Shown: in pieces, positions 34,020 through 47,193 of the stretch
Position numbering within the stretch: the stretch's first letter is position 1
Layout of the letters: each line of letters opens with the position of its first letter
Assembly (NCBI RefSeq): GCF_004010195.1
Contig: NC_057718.1
Location: forward strand, 27,911,974-27,975,973
Length of the DNA: 64,000 nucleotides
Direction: 5' to 3'
From: Chiloscyllium plagiosum
Lineage: Eukaryota
Position numbers and translations under genes: made by a program
Notes under the pieces: model-generated
Database searches by the model: none
The model's input: only the letters and a program-made list of their open reading frames with translations
Told to the model about the DNA's origin: nothing

Positions 34020-36370
34020 GGCTTTTTTGCTGAAACAAAGGTAAAGACGGAAGGCAGTGCATGGCAGAAAGATTGATGTGGTCATACAATGGGTTGGTTG
34101 TCAAGTTCATGACTCATCACGACCAGAGAAGGTGAATTCAAAAATACTGAGGGAATTGAGTCGGAAATTATGGAGGTGTTGACCATAATCTTGCAATTCT
34201 CTTCAATGAAGGGTTGATGCCAGAAGATTGAAGAATTGCAAAAGGCCCACCCTTGTTCACAATGAGGTGCAAGGATAAGCTCCAACTACATGCCTTCAAT
34301 GACATAACAATTGGTTTGACTTTGAGGGTTTTAAGTTGATAATTTGGGGCTCAATTAAATGTCATGTGGACAATGTGGATTAATTAAGGAAAACCAAGAT
34401 GGGTTTCAGGGCAAGTTGCATTTAACTTTTTGAGGTAGCGGTGGGTCAATGAGGGTAATACAATTGATGTGAGATATAAGTTTTGATAGGTATTTGAAGA
34501 AGTCTCACATAACAAGCTTGCCAACAAAGTTATGGAGTCTGTAGCAGAATAGTTACGTAATTGTCAGAGTGATGGGTATTGGAATCCTGTAGAGACCAAG
34601 AACTTAAAAAAAAAAGGTATTCTTGTGACACCAAAGCAAATGGGTGGACAAGATTTCACTTAAAAACTTTTACTGTAGCAGCCAATTAAAATTTACATAA
34701 TTCAAATATTAAAAGTTGAAGGATATTTCAAATAAAAACTGAATTAGTTTTACTTGGGATACAACTGTGCCTCATACTTAGAAGCAGTCACATTGCTTTC
34801 TTAACAAGTGTAGGACAAGATGTTTCCAATTGTATGTTTGTTATGCAAGACTTTTGAGTTCCTCATGATTGTTTTGGCTCTTGAGTTGCATTTATCAGCA
34901 GTTTTGTTCCATCCAAAGTCTGTGTACTGACGTGGTGTACATTTATGAATGCTTCCTCACTTGTACCAACACAGCCCTGATGAACATATCTGGCAGTTTG
35001 TCAACTTTGTGTGTATGTTAACTGATGGGTACTCCATTGTAAAATTTAACTATATCAGCAAAAGTTAAATAAGTTATGATATCTGGTCACGGAAAATGCT
35101 TTTCTTAATCAAGCTTTATTAATCCTTCACCATCCTTTCTGCCCAAGCTTTGCTATTCTTACTATTCATTGCTCGCCAGTCTTTCCAAATATGTAACACA
35201 GTCTCTGCTCTTCGAGATCAGCTTTCAACACCAGAATCTGCTTGAAGATTGCCAAACACACAGCATCAGGTGACCAAGCCCACTGTAGTTAACTTACCTA
35301 TCTATTGATTTTTAACTCTTCATCCCCATGACAACACCTGATTACAACAGCATTTCTTGGAGCCATATAATGTAATCTCAAAATAAATCATCCTCATTCA
35401 GAATTTTCCCCATCCAACCTTTTAAAGGGAAATTGCATAAAACAAAATACATGTGTTTCCCAAAACAGATTATTTTCCAAAGCACATTGGTCATCACACA
35501 GTGAAGGGTAGTGGTGAGTACTTTTTGTTTTTATTGGAAAGGATTACATTGGGAGGGGAGGTCCCCAGGGATGTTGTTAAGGATGCTAGTTAGCTTGATA
35601 TATATTGATGAGTTAAATATTTGTGCGTAACAAATGTTCAAGTGCTGTATGTAATGAGGAGGTTAGTGATAGACTTCATGAGGACAAGCTAAAGCAATGG
35701 GTGAAAACATTGCCAATTGTACTTAATGCAGAGAAGGATGAAGTAAATAATTTTAATGGCAAAATAAAACCAATGATATTAATGGTGCAAGAACCGAGGC
35801 ATTAAGGAAGTGCATGTATAATCATTGGAAGTAGTGGGGCAAGTTGAGAAAGCAATGGATGGGACACCACATCAGCAAAACAAGAAAGCTGTCAAAACCT
35901 GTATGAGAACACCTTGTTTTCGCCACACCTTGGAATACTGTCTGTACACTGTACTCAGAAAAGATGGGGTGAAGTTAGAGGGTACAGAACGGGATGATTT
36001 CAGATTTGGGAAGCTGGACCCACTCCTTGAAGAAAGAAAGATTTAAGAGGAAATTTGACATTTAAACAGAGTAGCTGGGCAGAAACTGAGAGTTAGTGGG
36101 GGGTCAAGAATCAGAGGGCATTGAGAGGATTTGATGGAAGAAGCAATTGGAAACTGAAGAAATCATTATTATGAAGTCCTGAGGATTTGAAATGCCCTGC
36201 CTGAGATTGTGGAGGCAGACTCACTTGAAGTATTGAGAAGAGAATTGGATAACTGTGTGATGAGAGAAAATATAGGGTCTGTGAGGTGAGGTCAGGTGAA
36301 ATGGGATGAGATGTGATGCTTTGCAGAGAGCTAGTACACAAACCGTGGCCTCCCTTTGTGCATGCATCTG
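34020..36370 (+). mobile_element. Very degraded CR1 LINE interrupted by an unknown ~0.9-kb segment (34587-35503)
   Basis: CR1 RT-like sequence on both sides (ttgaccataatcttgcaattct; gtccccaggga; ttggaatactg). Confidence 0.6.
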
Positions 36371-38077
36371 GAACCATAATGTCTTAACAGGGAGGAAGGA
36401 ACAAAGTGCTGTTCCCCAGGAGTCTTTTTAACTTTATATTCATATTAATAATTTGAGTGTATAGCACTATATTGGAATTAGTAATAGTTTTCAAGAGAAA
36501 GATATGAATAGTTATGAGTTGTAAATCTACAGCAAAAAAAGGGCCTTTGGACCACTTTCTGTGTCAGTCAAAAACAACCATCTGACTATTCTAATCCCAT
36601 TTTCCAGAACTTGGCCCATAGTCTTGTATGCCTCGGCGTCGTAAGAACAGATCTAAATACTATTAAAATGTTATGAGGGTTTATGCCTTAACCACCCTTA
36701 CAGCTGGTGCATTTCAGATTCCCACCACTCTGGATGGGAGGGAAAAAAAATTCCTTGCATCTCTTCTGAACTTTTTAGCCCAAACCTTTTAAATTGATGT
36801 TATGAACAATGGTTGGCCAGATCTAATTTTAAAATAAAATACTATAAAGATTAAACCTCCAAGGATCGTGTCTTTACCATTTCCAATGAATATCTGATGC
36901 CTAGTCACTTGGGGGTTAATGAATTTGAGTGGAATAGATTTTCTAGACTGGAAGAATGGGAATTGGAACTGATGAAGCAGCATGTAAGATAGTAGGGAAG
37001 CCAAGATAAGAGATTCGCTGTGGATCCACTGTCCAAAATGCCCTGTGCATTGCAATTGATATATTGAGTCCCTGAAACATATTTCATTAAATTCAAACCT
37101 AACAGTCAACAATGTATTCCATAAGATTAGGAAACAAAGCTTTTGAAAATTGCGATGTGGTTAAGTGATGAGCACACTTTATGTTGCCAAAGACTAGATG
37201 CTGATTTCTTTTGACCAACATCTCATTTTAACAGATGTCCAAATCCTGCAAATAACTAGGTAAGAATATTGGTGGTTTTGAGTGAAATGATAGTAAGGTG
37301 CAAAAATTTACTTATGGAGGCAGTGGGGAGCTGGTTTGCTGTAGGGCACAAAACTAATGCTTCAGGCGAAGATATTTTCTAACCAACCAGTTCGAAGATG
37401 ATATTGCACATCTCTGGAGTAGGTGGGACTTGAAGCTAAACCACTACCTCCTGAGGTGGGGCAATACCACTGTGTCACAAGAGCCCTAATTGATGCTATC
37501 CCAAATGATGTCAGAACATATCAGCTGCTATATCACAGTTGCTGAATGTAGACTTCCCTGACTCAGCAATCTCTTCAGCTAAATGGCATTTTAGTTGTAA
37601 AGATCAGCTGCTCTCCAGTGCGCACGTCAATGTTGAGCTGTTGTGCAGCCTTCTGAAAAATTAGTAAACTGAGCAGATTGTGTGGAAATTATAAATGGAG
37701 ACATGAGTTGATAATTGGCAGTGAATTGGAAGATACAGAAAGGATACCAAGAATGGATCCTGGCGGGATGTTTCTTGTGTTTTGCAGAGATCTGAGGGCA
37801 CAACTTTATACTTAATATGTTAATGAGTTGAATAAAGAAACTTGTATTTCCAAGATTACAGTTTACTTAATGCAGACACAGAATCAATTGTACGGGAGAG
37901 CATTGTAGTTTTATTGTTTAAGATTTTTATACTTATTTAACATTGGTTCCAATGTTTTTCTTAGGCACTAATCTTCCTGGGTATGTTGATGTCAGTTAGT
38001 TGGGAATGGTTGTGATTTTTTTTGTGTGGGGTAGGAAAGTGGAAGGAAGAGCACTTTGATTTATTGTGGTTTATCTC

Positions 38078-38358
38078 TTAGATTAGATTACTTAGTGTGG
38101 ATACAGGCCCTTCGGCTCAACAAGTCCACACCGACCCTCCGAAGACAACCCACCCAGACCCATTCCCCTACATTTACCCCTTCACCTAACACTACGGGCA
38201 ATTTAGCATGGCCAATTCATCTAACCTACACATTTTTGCACTGTGGGAGGAAACTGGAGCACCCGGAGGAAACCCACGCAGGCATGGGGAGAATGTGCAA
38301 ACTCCACACAGACAGTTGCCCGAGGCGGGAATCGAACCCGGGTCTCTGGCGTTGTGAG
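38078..38358 (-). mobile_element. HE1-type SINE (young, 5'-truncated)
   Basis: Reverse complement of 7030-7240; (gatta)n tail. Confidence 0.93.
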
Positions 38359-39345
38359 GAGTGGGAGGGGGAGTTAAAGTGTTCAGCCACGGGGCGGTTG
38401 GGTTGGTTGGTGCGGGAGTCCCAGAGGTGTTCCAAGAACCGTTCTGCAAGTAGGCGGCCTGTCTCCCCAATGTAGAGGAGGCCACATCGGGTGTAGCGGA
38501 TGCAGTAAATGATGTGTGTGGAGGTGCAGGTGAATTTGTGACGGATATGGAAGGATCCCTTGGGGCCTTGGAGGGAAGTGAGGGGGGAGGTGTGGGTGCA
38601 AGTTTTGCATTTCTTGCAATTGCAGGGGAAGTTGCCGGGAGTGGAGTTTGGGTTGGTGGGGGGTGTGGACCTGACGAGGGAGTCGCGGAGGGAGTGGTCT
38701 TTCCGGAACGCTGATAGGGGAGGGGAGGGAAAAATATATCCTTGGTGGTGGGGTCTGTTTGGAGGTGGCGGAAATGACGAAGGATGATACGATGTACCTG
38801 GAGGTTGGTGGGGTGGTAGGTGAGGACCAGTGGGGTTCTGTCCTGGTGGTGATTGGAGGGGTGGGCTTCAAAGGCGGAGGAGCGGGAAGTGGAGGAGATG
38901 CGGTGGAGAGTATCGTCAACCACGTCTAAGGGGAAATTGCAGTCTTTGAAGAAGGAGGCCATCTGAGTTCAGTATTGGAATTGGTCTTCCTGGGAGCAGA
39001 TGCGGCAGAGGCGAAGGAATTGGGAATATGGAATGGCGTTTTTACAGGGGGCAGGGTGGGAGGAGGTGTAATCTCGGTAGCTGTGGGAGTCGGTCGGCTT
39101 ATACTAAATGTCCTTGTTGAGTCGGTTGCCCGAGATAGAAATGGAGAGGTCTAGGAAGGGAGGGAGGAGTCTTAGACGGTCCAGGTAAATTTGAGGTCAG
39201 GGTGGAAGGTGTTAGTAAAGTGGATGAATTGTTCAGCCGCCTCGTGGGAGCACGAGGTAGCGCTGATACAGTCATCGATGTAGCAGAGGAAAAGGTGGTG
39301 CCAGTGTAGCTGCGGAAGATGGACTGTTCCACATATCCAACGAAG
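38359..39345 (-). mobile_element. Neptune-type PLE internal fragment: RT C-terminal part, Cys-rich linker, GIY-YIG endonuclease (frameshifted)
   Basis: LCYIDD near 39271-39289; RTPLVLTYHP; PCNCKKCKTC; HIIYCI...LLYIGETGR...EHL...PVAEHFNSPSHS. Confidence 0.93.
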
Positions 39346-39379
39346 TTTCGGTATTAGAATTGGTCCTCCTGGGAGCAGA

Positions 39380-41300
39380 TCCTCTATTCAGGCTAATACC
39401 CTCCTTCCAATGCCGTAGGCTTCTTAGTAAGATAAGCCCAACTCTTAGCAAACACCTCTGGAAACCTAATATATTACGTCCCACTTGTTACTTCATTAGA
39501 GAATTCTAATGAATTTGTGAGACCTGATTTTCTCTTCATGAGCCATTTGACTCTGCTTGGTTATGTTAGGTTTTTCCAGAAGCTGAGGATTCTTGGATGA
39601 TTACTAACAGTGCATCCACTATCTCCTGGGATGCATCCCATCAAGATCTTGGAACTTATTAGGCCCATAAATTTCCCGCGTATTATTATCTTCTGATTAG
39701 TTTTATTTCTTCTACTCCTCTTGCCTTTTGGTTATTTAGAATTTTTCGATTACACTAGTTTTCATGATGGAAAAGACCTAGTAGCCAAGTATCTATTCAG
39801 CCCCTCTGCCAGGAACCCTGCAACTTTCTGGACTGAATATCGAGTTCAGTAATTTTAGGGCCTGAACAACACCTCCCATGCCTTTATCCCAACCCATACA
39901 TACTAGGCCTTATCATCATGTGGGCTACGACCACAAACAGCCCATTGTCAGCCACTAACTGTCATCATTCATTCTCCAGGCTGACCTTTACCAACTTCTT
40001 TGTCTGCCCAACTGTTTTTTTTCTTTGGGTTCCATTTTCACCAACTGTTTATTCTTTTCTCCCTCCCCTCCCACTCCTTCTCTTGCATATAAACCAATCT
40101 TTCCATTATTCGTATTAGTTCTGAAGAGGTGTCACTGGACCTGAAATGTTAACTCTGCTTTCGTTCCACAGAGTTTTTCCAGTAATTTCTGATTTTGTTT
40201 CCCTCTGCCATTTCATGGTTCCCCCTTAAGTGGCCTATGTTCACTTTGGTCTCTAACTTCCTTTATAAAGTGCCATCTTCATATTACTTGTGAGTTTCCC
40301 TTAAAGTTTATTTTCTCTCATTATTTGATCATCTTTTGTTGATTTTCAAAACTTTTCCAATCCTCTGTCTTAACACTGATTTTTGCTATGTTGTACATTT
40401 ATTGTTCCATTTGATGCTGTTGTGAACTTGCCTGATTAACGAAGGCTGGCTTGTCCCCGTCCTTAGAATCCTCATTTTTCACTGGGGTTTATCTTGGTTG
40501 TGTGGCAGGAGCTGGTGACTTAAACATATGTTGTCCTAAACTGCCTTTTCTGCTAAACTCGTTTCCCAGTCTACTCCAGCTGATTTTGTCTTATTCTTTT
40601 GTAATTATTTAAGTTAAGCAGAGTTATTTCCGACCCAAGCTTCTCCCCTTCGAGCAGACTGCTAAATCCTACCTTGTTATAGTCGCTGTTTCCTAGGGAT
40701 TGTTTTACTCCGAGACCATTTATTAGACTTGCCTTCTTGCACATCACCAGATCCAAAATAACCTGATTCTTGGTTGGATCTGCTACCTATTGTCCGAGGA
40801 AACTGTTCTGAATCTACTTTTGAATTCTTCCTCGTGGCTACCTCTACCAATCTGACTTCTTTAATCTACATGAAAATTAAAGATATCTATGCTTAATGTA
40901 GAGCATTTTTACACGCCCTCTTTATCTCCTGATTTTTTTTTTGTGCTACCATATCACCACTGTTCAGGGACCTATAGACTACTCCTACCAGTATGTACTT
41001 TTCCTTGTTATTTCTGGATTCTACATCTCCTGATTCAAGATCCTATCTCGCTGTCTCAGTTATGCCGTCCTCTGCAAAGTATGCCACCACCCTTTCATTT
41101 TGGAAAAGCGCGTACCTGAATATTTAGTAGCAAACTTTGCCTTATAGATTTTATGGAGACACGGTTAACCTCTCATTGTGTTGTTAATTCTTTTTTTTTG
41201 TTTCGAATGCTATCTGTGTTCCAGTGAAGAGTCAGAAGTGTTACTCACTTTTTTTTTTATAGTTGGACCCTATTTAGTGCAACTTTTCTATTTATGTGCA
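39380..41300 (-). mobile_element. Degraded CR1 ORF2 (endonuclease to RT) remnant
   Basis: Reverse strand MDLVMC...LGNSDYNKVGF resembles the CR1 endonuclease C-terminus. Confidence 0.6.
39812..40200 (+). mobile_element. Neptune-type PLE 3' end with degenerate hammerhead (40117-40154)
   Basis: GTLQLSGLNIEFSNFRA* ORF end; inverse match to 16720-17100; ccctctgcca duplicated at 39802-39811 / 40201-40210. Confidence 0.8.
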
Positions 41301-41340
41301 CTATCCCACTCTAGGTATCATTATCCAAACAGTTATCCAG

Positions 41341-42596
41341 TAAGACCATAAGACATAGGAGTGGAAGTAAGGCCATTCGGCTCATCGAGTCCACTCCGCC
41401 ATTCAATCATGGCTGATGGGCAATTCAACTCCACTTATCCGCATTCTCCCTGTAGCCCTTAATTCCTTGTGACATCAAGAATTTATCAATCTCTTCCTTG
41501 AAGACATTTAGCGTCCTGGCCTCCACTGCACTCTGCGGCAATGAATTCCACAGGCCCACCACTCTCTGGATGAAGAAATATCTCCACACTTCTGTTCTGA
41601 ATTTACCCCCTCTAATTCTAAGGCTGTGTCCACGGGTCCTAGTCTCCTCGCCTAACGGAAACAATTTCCTAGAGTCCACCCTTTCCAAGCCATGTATTAT
41701 CTTGTAAGTTTCTATTAGATCTCACCTTAATCTTCTAAACTCGTTAGACCTACCATTCCAGGGATCACCCATGTGAATCTCCGCTGGACACGCTCCAGTG
41801 CCATACTGAGTCCTTCCTGAGGTGTGGGGACCAAAACTGGATACAGTACTCCAAATGGGGCCTAACCAGAGCTTTATAAAGTCTCAGTAGCACAACGGTG
41901 CTTTTATATTCCAGCCTTTTTGAGATAAATGACAACATTGCATTCGCTTTCTTAATCACCGGACTCAACCTGCATGTTTACCTTTAGAGAATCCTCGACT
42001 AGCACTCCCAGATCCCTTTGTACTTTGGCTTTATGAATTTTCTCACCATTTAGAAAGTAATCCATGCTTCTATTCTTTTTTCCAAAGTGCAAGACCTCGC
42101 ATTTGCTCACATTGAATTCCATCAGCCATTTCCTGGACCACTCTCCCAAACTGTCTAGATCCTTCTGCAGCCTCCCCACTTCCTCAGTACTACCTGCCTG
42201 TCCACCTAACTTCGTATCATCGGCAAACTTCGCTAGAATGCCCCCCGTCCCTTCATCCAGATCATTAATATATAATGTGAACAGCTGCAGCTCCAACACT
42301 GAACCCTGCGGGACACCGCTTGTCACCGGCTGCCATTCCACAAAAGAACCTTTTATCCCAACTCTCTGCCTTCTGTCAGACAGCCAATCCTCAATCCATA
42401 CCAGTAGCTCACCTCGAACACCATGGGCCCTCACCTTGCTCAGCAGCCTCCCATGTGGCACCTTATCAAAGGCCTTGTGGCAGTCTAGATAGACCACATC
42501 AACTGGGTTTCCCTGGTCTAACCTACTTGTCACCTTTTCAAAGAATTCTAACAAGTTTGTCAGGCACGATCTCCCCTTACTAAATCCATGTTGACT
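41341..42596 (-). mobile_element. Young CR1 LINE (taagacca-tail subfamily), RT domain
   Basis: YLDCHKAFDKVPH, SGVPQGSVL and KFADDTKLGG motifs in ORF 41952-42554. Confidence 0.96.
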
Positions 42597-44459
42597 GTAA
42601 TGCTGTTGTATGTCTTGCTTTGGAAGTCTGTTTTCCCCCTCCCAAAGTTTTCTCTCTCAACTCTCTCCAAATTAGTTCAAAGTCCTTTCTAAAGGCCCAG
42701 TTGTTGGATGTGCCATGGCACTGGTCCTAGAGTGAGGCACCTGAGGAACACGTTTTTCACACAGGGTAGTTTGTATGTGGAATAAACTGCCAGCGGATGT
42801 GGTAGATGTAGGTACAGTTAGAACATTTAAAAGGCATTTGGATAGATACATAAATAGGAAGGTTTTGGAGGGACATGGCAGTCGTCAAGTTTTGATAACT
42901 TGGTCGGCATGGATGAGATGGACTAAAGGGTCTGTTTCTGCATGACTCTGACTCTGAACAGTTAGGCGCTTAATGCAGAACCTCTTTTCTCGTCCTGTCA
43001 GTGTCACCAGTACCAACATGGATGATGACTACTAGATCCCTCCCCTACCTCTCCAAGTTCTTCTCCAACTCTGGGGAGATGTTCTTAACATTGGCTCTGG
43101 GCAGGTAACACAGACTTCAGACTGACTGCAGAGAGTATTAACAGTCCCTGTAATTATACTGTCTCTGCCACTACTACCTAACTAATTATCCCCACTCCCC
43201 ACCCCAACTTGAATGCCTTCTTGCAGTCCCACTTTTCTCCGCACTGCTTCCAAGAACCTCGTATCTATAGGTCAGTTGTAGGGGCCAAGACATTTCAAAT
43301 GCAATCCCCCGCATCCTCAGACTTGCATAACCTGAAGTGTCTCTCGCATCTCCTTAATTACAGGCCAGATTTGAATTACCTGGTCTGAATTGTGTGACCA
43401 TCCCTCTGGAGTAAAGTATCTATGTAACCTTCCCCTTCCCTGCTGTGAGCAATGTCTACAGCTGAGACTCCACCTCCTTAGTTTGGATCAGAAGTTTCTG
43501 AAGCTGCAAACACTTAATAGAGATGTGTTCGTTTTGGATCACCTTGATGTCTTGTAGCATCCACATTTGCAGCCCCACGTCTTTCATCCTGCCATCACTA
43601 TCACTTTAACATTAATTTGTAAATTAGTAACTCTAGATTCCCTGCTCTTTATACTTTATAAAAAATATGCAGTAAAATCACTAACATTAATCTTACAATT
43701 AGCCAGCTGTTTTTAAGTAAAGAAAGCTCTTTTATCTAAAGACGATAAATATTCATGTCTTGCAAGTTTGCTTCTTTCCCTGCACTTGTGTAATGTTGTG
43801 GTTTGTGATGATGCTGTGCTACTGTTCTTATTGTAAGTATGTGCCTCAATCCAAGTCTTTTTAACTTCTCCCAGTTACCTCTTGTTCTGGAGCATTTCTT
43901 TGCAGTAACCCTTAGTTAAGGCACCTCTGTCCCCCTTTTGCATTGAATTCCCACTTGAATCAAGTTTCCAGTTCACTCACTTAGTCTTCTGTACTCAACT
44001 GAAGTTTCCCTCCTACTGAACGTGAACTTTTTTTTGCTTCATTTCTAATTATGTGTTTAAGTGTTATCTAGAGATAGCATTTTCAGGAAAAAACCTTCCA
44101 TTCATTTGTTTTCATGATTAGCTTTTACATTTTGCTCTCCTGTACCAATAGTTTGATCTTCAGAATCACTTAATACTCAGTGGTCAAATGTTTTGTGGGA
44201 TTGACTTGGAAATGATTTATTTGTTTTATCCAACATACTTTCAACAGATTTTTAAAAAAGATTTCAGCTAGTTAGCCTGTAGATGTACAAAAATTTAATT
44301 AAGTTGCCATTATTTCATTTCTTAAGAGAATTGTCTTTGCAGAACCAAGCTTCCTGTGAGTTTCATAATAGCTGACAACTTTCAGATTATCAGAATGTTA
44401 GCAACACATGAAGTAAAAGGCAGCATATTATTCAAAAGTCACCTCAGAGATCAGTTTTC

Positions 44460-45510
44460 TCAGTCACAGAATCATGGAATTGTTACTGTGCAGAAGGAAA
44501 CCTTTTAGCCCATCATATCGACACTGGTTGAGTTACCGAGTGCCATTTCACCATATTCATGCAGAACATTTCTATCCAGATAATTCTCCAGTGTCCTCTT
44601 GAATACCTCAATTGAACCTGCCCTCCACCACATTTCCTGCAATACATTCCATTGCTTTTTACCACTTCACCCTTGCTGCCTTTGCACGTCCCTTTTAATC
44701 TGTCCTTTTAGTTTTTTTTATTAGCAGGAACAGCTTCCAGATACTCTGTCTATCCCACTCATAATTTGAAAACCTCCATCAAATTTCTTCTCAATTTTCC
44801 CCCACATGGAGAGCAGTACGACTTCTTCAGTTTACCCATATAACTGAAATTTCTCATTGCTAAAACCATTCTTGTAAATCACTTCTGTACTCTCTCCAAT
44901 ATATTCACATCCTTCCTATGGTACCCATAACTGTACGCATTACTCAAGCTGAGGTTTTACAAGTATCTTGTAAAAGTGTGATATTGCCTATTTGCTCTTG
45001 TGCTCGATGCACCTGTTAACAAAGCTGAGGATATTGAAGGCTTTAGATTAGATTCCCTACAATGTGGAAACAGGCTCTTCAGCCCAACAAGTTCACACAG
45101 ACCCTCTGAAGAGTAACCCACCCAGACCCACTTCCCTCTGACTAATGCACCTAACACTATTGGCAATTTAGCATGGCCAATTCACCTAACCTGCACATTT
45201 TTGGGCTGTGGGAGGAAACCGGAGCACCCGGAGGAAACCCACACAGACGCTGGGAGAATGTGCAAACTCCACACACACCTCATCCAAGGCTGGAACTGAA
45301 CTTGGGACCCTGGTGCTGTGACCCCCACTGACCCACCGTGCCACCTTTACTAACTGCTGTCTTCACCTGCCTTGCCACCTTCAATGGTCTGTGCATATAT
45401 ACACCTTAATCTCTCTGCTCCTGCACCCTCTTTCGAATTGTGTCCTCTATATTGTCTTCTAATGTTCTTCTGACCAAACTGGATAACCTCCCACTTCTCT
45501 GCATTGAACC
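44460..45510 (-). mobile_element. Degraded CR1 with nested HE1 SINE (45043-45345, -)
   Basis: CR1 tail cacagaatcatggaat; SINE near-identical to 38078-38358. Confidence 0.85.
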
Positions 45511-46865
45511 TCATGGCATTAATTGTATAAACTTTGGTCATAACTTCCTGGGTTAAGTTAACACTAAGACCTATTTGTATTTCTATTGATCCCATAATTT
45601 ACAGACAAAACAGCAAAGTTTATGCATTCATTTTAATTAATGTGTAGCTTGTGCAGATAACTTGAGAAAAAGTATCATCGTAAAAATTGCTCGGCTCCAG
45701 AAATCATGGTTCAAACATGAGCAAAAAGAAATGATCTTTCCAAATTCTAAGGTGAAGTCAGAGTGACCTTGACTTCAGGTGGCATTTTTGAGTCATAGAT
45801 AAATTGAAGACATTTGGAATTAGGGAGATAGGAAAGGAGAATTAGGGCATTGGCAAGGGGGATCAATCTGTGCAATGGCTAGACCAAACCTAACACAGAG
45901 CAGCATGGTTGTGGTTGTTAGAGGTAAATCATTTCAGCCCTTTTCAATGGTCCTCAGGGCAGCATCATTGACCCAACTATGTTCAACTGCTTACCCAATG
46001 ACCTTGCTTCCATCGTAACTTCAGAAGTACTAGGCTTTGGCTGATGAGTGACAATTCACATCGCTCCATTTGTCAGGTGATAATTTTCAACAAGAATCTA
46101 ACTAGTTCCCCTTGACATTCATCAGCATTATCATTGCCGTCCACAGGGTAAGCTGAGAAATGAGAACAGAATTTCTAACTGACTGGACATGCTTATATGT
46201 CCCTCTACAGCAGATTGTGGCCACTATGGTGGACAGTTGTTTTTAGTTTGAAGTTGCAGCATTCATTCCGACTAGAATTTTGGAATACACAGGTATAGTA
46301 CTATGTTTTAGAGAAAATCCATATGTTGATTGTGTTGATCATTGAAATTTATGTTGATTGAAATTATTCTATCTAGAGCAAAGAGATTCAACAGTTCCAT
46401 CTAGGAAAATGATCTCTGTCTCAAGGACAGATTTGGTAACTGGGTTGCATTGTTGGCCAATGAGTTGGAGACAGGGCTAGATTTGCCACAGGCTTCTTAG
46501 TAAGCTTTTACATTTTGAGCAAGAAAAGTTCATTTAAGCAAGAGTTAATTTGAAAAGCTGACTAGCAAATAGTATACAGATCCTATTTAGCGTCTGTATG
46601 AACATTCCAGTGAACTTACAATTCTGACAGTGAACTCATTGGTGTGCAAGTGCGGATGTTACCTCAGATTCTGTCACCACAGAGTCCCAGGGGACAAGGC
46701 GTTGACTGAGTGGTAGGTTAAGGAGAGAGATCAAGGTAAATCTTACCTCATGGGCCCATCCATCTCTCGCAACCGGCATTCAGGCAATCACTTATTCAGT
46801 CTGCCTTGAAGCTCTGTATATGTTGGAATCCCACTGCTGCCACCAAATGTTAGGTTCTTTTTCTT

Positions 46866-47193
46866 GCCACTCCCCCATTGTCACATGCCACTCAAGACAC
46901 AATGTAGTGATTTGATTATTTCCATAAACAGTGATTTAGATCATTCCTTAGGTGCCTTGCAGGTTGAATGTCAAAAAACATTACTTTGCCATCTCCAGCT
47001 GTTCACATAGCCAGCTTCTGCTATTCAGAATCAATAAGAACATTGTAGTTAAAATTCTAACCACATCCTGCAGTTTACAAAAAAAGATTTACATCAAATC
47101 TCGCCATTGAGGAATTATCTAAGTCACATTATTTCTGGAAATAATCAAATCATTGCATTGTGTCTTGAGTGGCATGTGACTATGGGGGGTGGC
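46866..47193. repeat. Imperfect inverted repeat, ~85-bp arms (46866-46950 / 47107-47193), MITE-like
   Basis: gtcacatgccactcaagacacaatg versus cattgtgtcttgagtggcatgtgac. Confidence 0.85.

Noticed and set aside
37235..37259. 25-nt micro-exon (taacag|...|gtaaga)
   Set aside because: Frameshifting, no homology recognised, and such splice-site pairs are common by chance in 55 kb.
38192..38962. 256-aa ORF as an intact protein
   Set aside because: Frameshifted Neptune fragment reading into an HE1 SINE.
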